Source of the DNA: Octopus bimaculoides
Lineage: Eukaryota
Reading direction: 5' to 3'
Assembly: GCF_001194135.2 (NCBI RefSeq)
Contig: NC_068984.1
Location: 128,056,381 to 128,113,234 of the forward strand
DNA: 56,854 nt
In this document: positions 38,305 to 50,800 of the stretch, in pieces
How the letters are laid out: the number at the start of each line of letters is the position of its first letter
Numbering within the stretch: the stretch's first letter is position 1
Notes under the pieces: generated by a model
The model's database searches: none
Told to the model about the DNA's origin: nothing
The model's input: the letters and a program-made list of their open reading frames with translations, nothing else
Made by a program: the position numbers and the translations under genes

Positions 38305-38788
38305 CTGCAAGAAATCAAAAATAATTTACAAGAGAAATTTCATAACAGCTGTTGTAATAAGTTTAAGTCTCAAGGTAAAAATTTATCTGAAACTGTATCA
38401 TAATTAAGGATCGGTTAAAATGAGTGATCAGTAAATGATGGACAAAATCTTAGACAAATGAGTTAGTAGCCCTCTTTGTTACAGCCATTTCTTTCAGTGA
38501 CTCAAGCTCCTTAAAAGGCTCTACTCTCCTCTAAAGTTTCATAAGAGATCAGACAAGAATCTAAAATGATGAAATCTGGGCTAAAGCTGGAACTTTTAAT
38601 GCTTTTGTTACCATATAGGCGCAGGAGTGGCTGTGTGGTAAGTAGGTTGCTTACCAACCACACGGTTCCCGGTTCAGTCCCATTGAATGGCATCTTGGGC
38701 AAGTGTCTTCTACTATAGCCTCTGGCCGACCAAAGCCTTGTGAGTGGATTCGGTAGACAGAAACTGAAAGAAGCCCATCGTATATATG

Positions 38789-38833
<45 letters not shown>

Positions 38834-41800
38834 GTGTTTGTCCCCCCACCATCGCTTGACAACCGATGCTGGTGTGTTTACGTCCCCGTAACTTAGCGGT
38901 CCAGCAAAAAGAGACCTATAGAATAAGTACTAGGCTTACAAAGAATAAGTCCTGGGGTCGATTTGCTCGACTAAAGGTGGTGCTCCAGCATGGCCGCAGT
39001 CAAATGACTGAAACAATTAAAAGAGTATATTTCTGTTGAAATTCATTACTTTCATATCAGTTAATTTTGAAAATAATGAAACATTTTGTAAAATAACTTT
39101 CTCATAATTAAGTTGGTGTTTGCAATGTAAATTAACATGAAATTTTAATGAAAAGTTTTAAATTAGATTTCTTTAAAACAAGAAGTTTATATCACAGGAC
39201 CAGAGATAGTCTCAGGCAGGCTGGTATCAAAAGAATTAACCCTTAACCCCTTAGCATTTAATCCAGCCATATCCAGCCCAAATATTCTAATTGTTTTATG
39301 TTAAAACTGCCTAGATCCAGCCTCTTGCACCTACCCTACAATGTCATTCTAAAAATATACAAATACACCAATGAAATCTTGAAGCTACAAGACAATATGT
39401 GATTAATTCAGAAGAATGTGAATAAACAAGCAATACATTTAGGAAGGGCATCCATCTGTAGAAACTCTGCTAAATCAGATTGGAGCCTGGTGTAGCCATC
39501 TGGTTTCACCAGTCCTCAGTCAAATCGTCCAACCCATGCTAGCATGGAAAGCGGACGTTAAACGATGATGATGATGATGACATTTGACAAAGAAATCTGA
39601 ATGCGAAAGGATTAAAATAACAATTAAGAAAATAGCAAAATTACTAACCTTCCAGAGTAGTCAGGAAGTATATTGACAGCCCTTAAGCAGAGCTTTGACT
39701 CTGATACAACCCACTTATATAGCTCTGATATGTGGCTACAGTCAACCTCAAGCCAAATAGATCTGAAAATAAAAGATTTTTAACAACATAAAACTAATAC
39801 AACACTTGAAAGAATGCTCTAGTAATAGTTTGTTAATTATGGTTGTCTTCTATACTCAACTGCATGAGTTACAAAATTGTACGGCTCTGTTTTCAATGAT
39901 TATGTGTCTGATAAGTGGAGAAGACCAAGGTTTTTTCCCCCTTTTTCTGATGTCTACTGCAAGACACATTTTACTGTCCTTCAACCAGTCATCATCTTGC
40001 ATAAAACCACTTCCTGCAATATTATTCTCCCCATTAGTTGAGGGGTCTTGTCTCACAAGTTACTTGGTCACCTCACTGGTGCTGGTACCACATAGAGAAT
40101 CACCCAGTACACCTTGTAAAGGGGTTGACATTAGAAAGGGCATCCGGCCACAGAAATATGTCAAATATGTCAAAGCAGATTGTAGAGCTTGGTGCAGTCT
40201 TCTGGCTTACAGGTTCCTGTCAAACCATCCAAATGATGCCAGTATGGAATGCAGATGTTAAATGATGATGATGATGATCAGGATTATGATGATAAAGCCC
40301 TCCAATGGACACCCAAGAGAGATAGAAGTGCGGCGGATAAAAAACAACATGGTTAAGATCCACAGAAACTGGGGAACTAGGAGAGGACACCTGGGGACAA
40401 CTGCAATCCATTGTCAAAGATCAAGACAGATGGGGCAATCTCTTGTTGGTGCTCTATGTTCCACGTAGGGTCAAAGGAATTATTAATGAATGAATACAAA
40501 ACAAAAAAAAAAGAAAAGAAAAACATTGCTCAACAGAATATTTATTAAATAGACATAGAAGAAGAGAAACAAGGATCTGTGTAACATGAGAATTCTCAAA
40601 ATATCAATCTGCAACAGATTTCACAAACAAAAGATAAAATTCCAAAAACAATCACAAAAAATTTAACCTAACAGATGCATATATGGCTGTGTGCTTAAGA
40701 AACCTGCTTTGCAACCATCTGGTTTCAGGTTCAGTCCCACTCTGCACTACCTTGGGCAAATGTCATCTACTATAGCCTTAGGATAACCACTGCTTTACAA
40801 GTGAATTTGGTAGATGGAAATTGTGTGAAAGCCCATCATGCTTCCATCTACCAAATTCACTCACAAAGTATTGGTCCGTCTGAGACTATAGAAGATGTCA
40901 CTTGCTCCAGCATGATCGCAACCTAATGATTGAAACAAATAAAAGATAAAAGAAGAGAGATGATACTAACCCTGAAGGAGACACCAGATGGCGTGCTGTC
41001 TTTAAAACAGCTTTAATGAGATCCAATCCATCCTTTCCTCCACGTAAAGCTCGTTGGTCTTCATAACTGACAAAAGGAAATAATTGTGCAATTAGAAAAA
41101 AAAAAGAACATATCTGCACTTTGTAGAATTAATGATATCAAGGAGTCTTGTATGTATATTTCTGCATTTCATGGACTTCATAATATCAGCATTAGTTTAT
41201 ATCTCTTGTGGAGGCGCATGGCTTACTGTTAAGGCTGTCAGCATCATGATTGTAAGATTGCGGTTTCGATTCCTGGATTGAGCGACGCATTGTGTTCTTG
41301 AGCAAAACACTTCATTTTGCGTTGCTCCAGTCCACTCAGCTGGCAAAAATGAGAAACGCTGCAATGGACTGGCGTCCCGTCCAGCTGGGGAACACATACA
41401 CCATTGAAACCGGGCCCATGAGCCTGGCTAGGCTTTAAAAGGGCGCATTTATTGTGGAGGCGCAATGGCCCAGTGGTTAAGGCAGCGGGCTCATGGTCAG
41501 AGGATCGCGGTTTCGATTCCCAGACCAGGCATTGTGTGTGTTTATTGAGCGAAAATACCTAAAGCTCCACGAGGCTCTGGCAGGGGGTGGTGGCGACCCC
41601 TGTTGTACTCTTTCGCCCCCAACTTTCTCTCACTCTTTCTGAGCCATGCACCCTCAAATTATTATGTAGATTAATTTATTCACATGTTCTTCTGCTTTTT
41701 CCATTTTGTCTGCCGGTACCATGAGGCAGTCTGGAAAGCCTTTTCAGATATTCCTCTGCTGTGAGGAAGAGGTAGGGTACAATCAAGGGATGAATGGAAT

Positions 41801-44800
41801 CCAACTGTGACCACCCATGCCTAAGGACATTCTCTTCAGAGATTCTGTTTTGTACACCAAAGATATGTGAGATAAACTTTCACATCAACCAGGAAATCAG
41901 CTCAGTTACTAGTGTATAATTCTGTCCTACATACAAAAACATTTAATGAAGAAAACACTAATCAGTCAACTTACAATTTCACTTCTGGTAAAAGAGTTTT
42001 CACATCTTTATCGTTAACATAAGGTGGGTTACTGACAAGGAAGTCGAAGGGAGAGAACTCCTGCAATCTCTCTGCGCCTGCAAAACAAACAATAGGGAAA
42101 ACAAGATTGAGACAAGAGGAACAAAACATTGCTTATTCTTGTATTATTTTACTAGTTTGCTATTGCACTGCGGCCATGCTGGAGCACAACCTTCAAATGT
42201 TTTTAGCCGGTCTAAAATATCTACCCGAATATTTATTTCTGCCCGGTATTTATTTTATCGATCTCTGTCTATAAAACTGCTAAATTATGTTTTGGTATAA
42301 GTGGAAGCAAATAATAATAATAATGGTTTCAAATTTTGCCACAAGGGCAGCGGTTTTGGGGGAGGGGTGAGTTGATTACATCAAACCCAGTGTTCAACTG
42401 GTACTTATTTTATCGACAACAAAAGGATGAAAGGTAAAGTCGACCTCGGCAGAATTTTAACTCAGAACGTAATGACAGGCAAATTTCTGCTAGGCATTTC
42501 GTCCAGCATGCAAACGATTCTTATTTCTTTACTGCCCACAAGGGGCTACACAAAGAGGGGACAAACAAGGACAGGCAAAGGGATTAAGTCGATGACATCG
42601 ACCCCAGTGCGTAATTGGTACTTGATTTATCGACCGCAAAAGGATGAAAGGCAAAGTCGACCTCGGCGGAATTTGAACTCAGAATGTAATGGCAGACGAA
42701 ATACTGCTAAGCATTTCGCCCGACCTGCTAACGTTTCTGCCAGCTCCCTGCCTTAGCAATAATAATAATCCTTTCTACTATAGGCACAAGGCCTGCAATT
42801 TGGGGAGAAGAGGCAGTCAATTACATCGACCCCAGTACTCAACTGGTACTTGATTTATCGACCCCAATAGGATGAAAGGCAAAGTCGACCTCAGCAGAAT
42901 TTTAACTCGGAACGTAGACAGACGAAATACTGCTAAGCATTTCGTCCGGTGCATAACGATTCTGCCAGCTCACTGTCTTAATAATAATAATAATAATAGT
43001 AATAATAATAAATTTTTTGTATACAGTGTTCCTGTGCAGTATAACTTGTAAAAGTAAACGAAGAGACAGAACTCTCTTGCCTCTCTCACTCCAACACCTC
43101 TAACCACCAAAGCTTTCCTCACTCCATGCATCCACACAAAATTAATTGAAACAAACGCAGTGTATTTCAACAGAAATTTGGTAACAAAAGGGTTAGTTGG
43201 TGAGAATCTAACAAAGGTGAGCGATGCTAAGACACTTTCAAAACTTGCCACCCACGGAGATCGAAACTAAGCCGATATGGTTTGCAAAGGTTGTGGGTAC
43301 TGACCCGCCAAAAATTAGCAAAAAGTCATAGAAATTGTGGAAAGCTTATCACACGTATGTATGTGTGTGTGAGAGAGAGAGAGAGCGCACGTGCAAGTGA
43401 GAGACAGACATGCAGACACAGAATGTGTGTGTGTGTGGTCAAATCAGCGTATCGAAAATATGCAAGTTATGTCTAAGTTGCCTCCCTTTATATCCCCAGT
43501 TGTTTCCCCTTACAAGTAATGACTTCTGTCTTTCGGAGTGAACAAATTATATAAATAAATAAATACCAGACGATCTGCTGAGACCCCCTTCGGTCATGAC
43601 TGACCATGGGATTACACCTAGAAAGTTACCCTTCCAGGCACAAGTCCGGGCAAGGTTGTTTATGGAAGACCAGCAGTCGCTCATGCATACCTGCCTCCCC
43701 TCTCCACGCCACCAGTGGAAAGGCAAAAGCCGATACAGCTTGGCACCGGTGACGTCGCAACTCATTTCTACAGCTGAGTGAACTGGAGCAACGTGAAATA
43801 AAATGTCTTGCTCAAGAATACACAACACGCAGCCCGGTCCGGGATTCGAACTCACAACCTCACGATCGTAAGCACAACGCTCTAACCACTGAGCCATGCG
43901 CCTTCACCAGACGATCTACTGAAATAAATCATTTACTGAGTAAAACATTCGAAAGCGGTACTGCAGCATGGCTCCAGGCCACTAGATGAAACTAGAATAA
44001 CAATAGGCAATTAAATATCGTTACTTTAGCCATTTTAACCTCCAATTGTTTATGATTTTGATTATAAAACTTTCTTTCAACGCACCTAAATCTTTACCTA
44101 TGAACGCTGCTCTTTCAGGACCAATCCTTTCCTATATTCTTGTTCTTCGGCTTCAGATTATTCCTGATGGAGCAGAGTTATGATCAAAGACAGTCCGGTT
44201 CTGACCATCTCGTTTTTTTTTTTCGTTTTTTTTTTATGAGGTGGTTTATCACAGTCAATATAGTCTACATTATTTAATACAACCTTTCTTAGTTAAGACA
44301 ATAAAACGTGATTAGAAGGATAATTGGATTGGATACTATTTTCAGCAAGTCAAAGAACTCCCCTCAACCACCACTAACAGCCCACAAAGCTTCCTTTAGG
44401 AGGAGGAGGGGGGCGGTGGCGGAGGAGGAAGCAGAGGCAGTGGAAGACGAAGAAGCGGAGGAAGAGGAAGAAGCGGAAGCAGAGGAAGAGGAAAAATTGG
44501 AAGCAGAGAAAGAGGAGGCAGGGGAGGAAGCAGAGGCATTAGCATACTATTAGCAGCACTAGTAATAAGCAGTAAACTGAGAAACGAGACGTTTACCTTT
44601 GTTGATGTCATGCTCTATAATTTGGATTCGATCTGCAAGTTGGCACCGATGGGCATTTTCATGGGCCAGATAGCGACAGTCTTTTGATATATCTGTAGCC
44701 ACACAATTCCACTGGAAACAGAATAAACAAAACCAAGCAAGTCCCACTGGTCAAGAAAAGAGATTTCTTTCATTATAAAGACATTGGTTTCATTGTTCTA

Positions 44801-47800
44801 CATCCACACATATCAAAGGTTAGCCTGGCTCACTCAGAATTCTTCTTTACTGCTTGTTCAGTTGTCTTTTTTCTTTTTCTGTCTTACACTATGACTATCT
44901 TTTATTATTGAAGTATGAAGTGAGTTTTTAAACCCTTGAGCGTTCAGATTATTTTGTCAAACACAATGTTTATTTTATTCTTTCACTAGTTTTCAGTCAT
45001 GTGACTACGGCCATACTGGAGCACTGCCTTGACGTGTTTTTGTCGAACAATTCGACCCCAGGACTTATTTTTAAGCCTAGTACTTATTCTATCAGTCTCT
45101 CTGAACTGCTATGTTACAGGGATGTAAACACACCAACACCGGTTGTCAAGCAATGATAGTAGAACAAACACAGACACAAAGACTCTCACACACACACATA
45201 TACATATACGATGGGCTTCTTTCCGTTTCTGTCTACCAAACCCACTCACAAGACTCCTCCTTTTCGTCCTCTTCTGCCTCCTCTTCGTCTTCCTCTTCCT
45301 TTTCGTCCTGAAGCTATAGTAGAAGACACCTGCCCATGGTGCCATGCAATGGGACTGAACCCAGAACTATGTGGTTGGGAAGCAAGCTTTTTACTAATAC
45401 AGCCACACCTGTCCCAATTTATTCACATTTTTTTTACAATTCATCATGTATTTATTATCTTGTAGGTTTGAGACTTCAAAAATGTGATTGTTTAGTTTTA
45501 GAATGACATTGCAGGCTAGATGTAAGAGGCTGATCATAAAGTGAATGAAATATCTGAACCAGATAGGACCAGTTTAAATGCTAAAAGGTTAACTCAGGTG
45601 AAGGTATGGTTGTATGGTTAAGATTGTTTTGCAATACATGGCTTTGAATTCAGTTCCACTGCACTGCACCTGAGNNNNNNNNNNNNNNNNNNNNNNNNNN
45701 NNNNNNNNNNNNNNNNNNNNNNNNNNNNNNNNNNNNNNNNNNNNNNNNNNNNNNNNNNNNNNNNNNNNNNNNNNNNNNNNNNNNNNNNNNNNNNNNNNNN
45801 NNNNNNNNNNNNNNNNNNNNNNNNNNNNNNNNNNNNNNNNNNNNNNNNNNNNNNNNNNNNNNNNNNNNNNNNNNNNNNNNNNNNNNNNNNNNNNNNNNNN
45901 NNNNNNNNNNNNNNNNNNNNNNNNNNNNNNNNNNNNNNNNNNNNNNNNNNNNNNNNNNNNNNNNNNNNNNNNNNNNNNNNNNNNNNNNNNNNNNNNNNNN
46001 NNNNNNNNNNNNNNNNNNNNNNNNNNNNNNNNNNNNNNNNNNNNNNNNNNNNNNNNNCACCACTTGACAGCCAGTTTTGGTGTTTACATCCCAGTAATTT
46101 AGCGTTTCAGCAAAAAGAGACCAATAGAATAAGTACCAGTCTTTAAAAAAGAAATAAGTATTGAAGTCAATTCATTCAATTAAAAACCCTTCAAAGTGGT
46201 GCTCTTGCATGGCCACAGTCAAATGACTGAAACAAGTAAAAGAATAAAAGAATATAGCAACATCAGTGCCAAGCAGTGATTAGAAATAAACAACCTTTAG
46301 GTTAGTTAAAACATGTTTGTGACATATTTCGACTGCTAAAAGCAAATTCACTGCAGTTACCATGGAGAAATAATTCTTTCATATGGTAATAAAAGGTGTA
46401 AAAAACACTGTATCTGCCTAGGGCTTGCTCTATCAGATTTCTAGACGGGAAACACCGAAGAGAAATAACCCTGGACAGATACAAATCCGTAGCTTTAACT
46501 TAACCCATTACCTCCCATAATTCTATTAACTGGAATTTTTTAATGAAACTTTGATTTCTAGTATAAGAAACCTGCTAGAATGATCAAAATAACATTTTAA
46601 ATAGAAATAAGCGAGATATTGGGTGAAAAATTAGCAAACCTCATTTTAATATCAGAGAAATATACCTAGTAGATATACCAAAAAGGTTAGATATGTGTAA
46701 ATATTGATAGTTAATTACGAAATTTGTAATTTTTAAGTGATCTCATATGAGATCACTGGTAGGTAATGGGTTTAAAAAAAAAGAACAGTCAACATCAGTG
46801 ACTGAGTTGTGCTACTAAACTACCTGGTCAGGATACATATAGCAGGATCAGTGCCAAGCAGAGATCATGAATAAACACAAACTTTAGGTAAGTTAAAATA
46901 GGTTTGTGACATATTTTTAAATTGAAAATAATTATGTTGAGAGGGAAAAAATAATACAAGTCAATGATGACTAATTTTAGTTTTATTTCTCCCTCAAGTA
47001 TAAAAGAAAAGACAGGTTTTAGGATTATTGTGACTTCCTCATGAAGCACAACCTTAAGTATATTTGCCAAAGTAATGATAGGAGATAGCTAAGTAAATGT
47101 TCAAGATTGTACACTGGTTAGGTAAATGACACCATTTACAGAATAAATAATTGCAAAATGTCATCCGTCTGAAACACATGAGTTAAATTAGTGCTAACAT
47201 ATTTAATAAAGAGAGCATTAAAAGACTCATCATCATCATCATCATTGTCATAATGTCTACTTTTCCATGCTTGCATAGGTGAGACAGAATTCATTGAGCC
47301 ACATTTGTTTCCAAGCAAGACAATATTTTCTTTGACATGTTCTGATAATAGGGTGAGAAATGAATTACAATGTTTGTATGATGGTCACATTCATTTAACA
47401 ACTATGATGCAACATCAAGACAAGGAGACACACACACACACACACACATACAATGGGCTTCTTTCAGTTTCTATGTACCAAATCCACCCAAAAGGCTTTA
47501 GTTAGCTTAGAACTATACAAGTATCTTTATAAAAATAATGGAGTAAAGACTCATTTCAATCACGAATGACCATGGGATTGCACCTAGAAAGTTACCCTCC
47601 AAGGCACTAGTCCAGGCAATGTTGTTAATGGAAGACCAGCAGTCGCCTATGCATACCAGCCTCCCCTCTCCACACCACCAATGTTGTCCAAGGGAAAGGC
47701 AAAGGCTGATACAGCTTGGCACCAGTGACGATGTCGCAACTCATTTCTACAGCTGAACTGGAGCAACATGAAATAAAGTGTCTTGCTCAAAAACACAACA

Positions 47801-50800
47801 CACAGCCCAGTTCAGGAATCAAACTCACAACCTCATGATTGTGAGCCCAATGTTCTAACCACTGAGCCATATGCCTTCTTTTTAAGTATCTTTATATTAC
47901 TATATAAATAACAGTAACTGTGGTTCTACCCTACTATAGCAATTAGCAGTAACAGTAGTACTATATTATTATAGTACTATATTATTATAATACTATAGTA
48001 AATAACAGTAATAGTAGTGCTATAATACTATAACAACTACAGCAACAGTAGTACTATATTACTATAGTAAACAGTAGTAACACTATTACAATTGCATAGA
48101 TACTGCAGCTGTACTATAGTAAACAGCAACGGCAGATAGACCAAGTGTTGATTTGATTCTGGGCCACATTGTTACACTTAGGCACTTAATCATTTTGTAT
48201 TGCCTTTATTTTCTTGTTGTTTAATCCCCAAGGCAAACTTAATTAAACACATCTAAAGGATAGTGTGTCCCAGACTACGTTAAACAATGTCTTCTTTTTA
48301 TTTTAAGATGCTTTTGTTTTGTTTTTTTACTGGTGTTTCTTGCAGGCCAATTGATCACATATAGTTTCTGCTGATATTTAAACATATCAGAGAGATGTCC
48401 ATAACAGGATATCTAACCCGCTAGAAGGAGCAGTCAAAACTCCAAACCACAATTAGGGATAATTTCGAAAGAGAATGAAAAATAAAAATATTATATTTTT
48501 CAATCTTTAGATTGAAAAATACTAACTGAATTAGATACACTTATATATATATATATTAAATATACTCATATACATACTACACACCCACAGCCACCACTAC
48601 CATCACAAGCTCCTTAGTTACCTGAGTGAGTTTATACAGCAAGGCCAAACTCAGATTACCAGAACCACAACCAATTTCCAAGAATCTGCCTTTCATTTCG
48701 TTTTTTTCTGCATTCAAGAAGTTCAAAATATGGCCAACAAGTTGCTGAAAGACGAAAGATGAGAAATATCTCAATTGTATGAATTAACAATTTTGATATA
48801 AATATAAAACTTAGATAAGTTTCGACCAAAGATTGGTCTAAGCCATGTCTAACTTAAAGTGCTGATGTCTTTACTGTCTGGTGCAGCAGAGATCAAAAAA
48901 AAACTTTGCCTATTCAGAAGACTTTCTTGAGGCTTTCCTCATACTCAAACAGATTTAGACGAGAAATGTATATTTAGTCAATTTACAAGTTTGTTTTATT
49001 GCTTTCTCATATATTTCGTATGATTATTTGGAACCAAAAAGTACACATTTTATCTTTTATCTTCTACTTGTTTCAATCAGTAGATTGTGGCCATGCTGGG
49101 GCACCACCTTAAATCATTCTTAGTCTAATGAATCTACCCCAGTACTTTTCTTAAAGCCTGGTGCTTATTCTTTTGGTCTCTCATGCCGAACTGCTAAGTT
49201 ACGGGAACGTAAACACACCAATGCTGGTTGTCAAGCATTGGTAAAGGACAAACACAAAGAAGATACACACATATATACAATGGGATTTTTCCAGTTTCCT
49301 TCTACCAAATCCACTTACAAAGTTTTAGTCAGCCCAAGGCTTTAGTAGAAGACACTGTTAGAAATTTGTTTCTAATAGTTTCCTAGTCACCTTTCGCCAC
49401 TGTATGACACCTCCTTGTCCTACCTGTCTGACACTGTAAGTAATGAGAACGTCCTACATCACCAAATATTTTCAGCATTTGGTGTCCATCTCTGATAGCC
49501 CAGCTACTTTGTTTGTCTTCTTCATATGCTTTATCATATTTTCAATCAGAACATTAAACCTAAATCTCAGTTCTGGAAGCCAAACAGTATTCTCAGTATG
49601 AGCACTGGTTTATGAGGAAACTCACCGGGAGATAGAAAGAGTAGATATTTATAGAGTTCTAGAGTAGAAAGATTACAAACTAAGGAAAAAAAAAGTGGAA
49701 AATGTTAAGCTAGAAAATACAATAGAGTCATACATACACTTATTTCATTAGTTATATAACTAAATAAAATATTTACTACTGTAAATATTGTACAGTAAAA
49801 ACAAAATGCAAAGGAGCTATTAAGGTTAAGCTTTAAGCAGTAACCTACATTAGAATATTGAAATATTTATAACGGTTAGTTGAATATCATTTCTATTATA
49901 CAGGCTATAAATAAAACCTGTTAAATAGGCTAAAAAGTTAAAGACAAAAAAAGTGTAAAACCTCGGTTTCTGGCCTTGGGATAAAAACTGGAGGCTGCAT
50001 CTTTAAAGTTAGATCACAGAAATCCCATTCTCCAATAATGTATTGCAATGGAATTCTGAAATAGAGAGGGAAAAAGCTAGTTATAGATTTATTTTTACAG
50101 TCACAAAACTATTTCTAAGAGTGAAAGAACATTAGCAAACATATTCTTTGAAGTGATTCAAATATAGTTAGTCATTAAGGTAACATCTTATTCCACTACA
50201 TAATCATTTCTAGTCTGAGGTAATCCACACTGGAGAGGTGTTGTTATACCAAGGCCCCTGCAACTCAAAAGTCTTTAGGCTGGTATTGAAGTCAGAACAG
50301 GTTGGTAGTGGGGAGTTGTTGAGGTTGTAGATTCACAGCCAAGTCATAGAGTAATTAAGTGCTGGTGTGTGTTGTACCTTGAGGAAGAGCTGGCTTGAGT
50401 AGCAGCTCTGACATGAAAGGAAAGGACAGGAGGTTGAGAGCTGGAATATGGTGTAAGTATTGAATGAGGAGGAGTAAGCAAGCATGTATGTTGAGAAACA
50501 ACATCAGAGAGCCTGGTTAGGATAGGAGCAAATAGTGGCATGCAAAGTTTCATAGCCTGGTCTACAGAAAGTGCTGTGCCACTGGAAAACAATTCCTCAT
50601 TCAGGCAGTTTACAATGTCCTACTGAGTCCAGCCAGCTTGTTCTACTGATGAAATGGTAGCACCACTAGCTTTCCCCAAGTGCTGAGACCCTAAAGTACA
50701 TCCTTAGTAGTTATCTAAAATCTAAAAACCTTCGATAAGGTTCAATACTAGTGGATACAGCACCAGGTTCTGATGTCATAGCAGACACCAACATCAGCAG

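Noticed and set aside
43820-43905. tRNA-like sequence on the minus strand (similar heads at 41207, 41454, 25200)
   Set aside because: It runs on into a SINE body bounded by a TSD, and no complete acceptor stem was found.
44308-44553. Glu/Ala-rich ORF
   Set aside because: (GAG/GAA)n simple repeat on the antisense strand of a HEMK1 intron, with no splice support.
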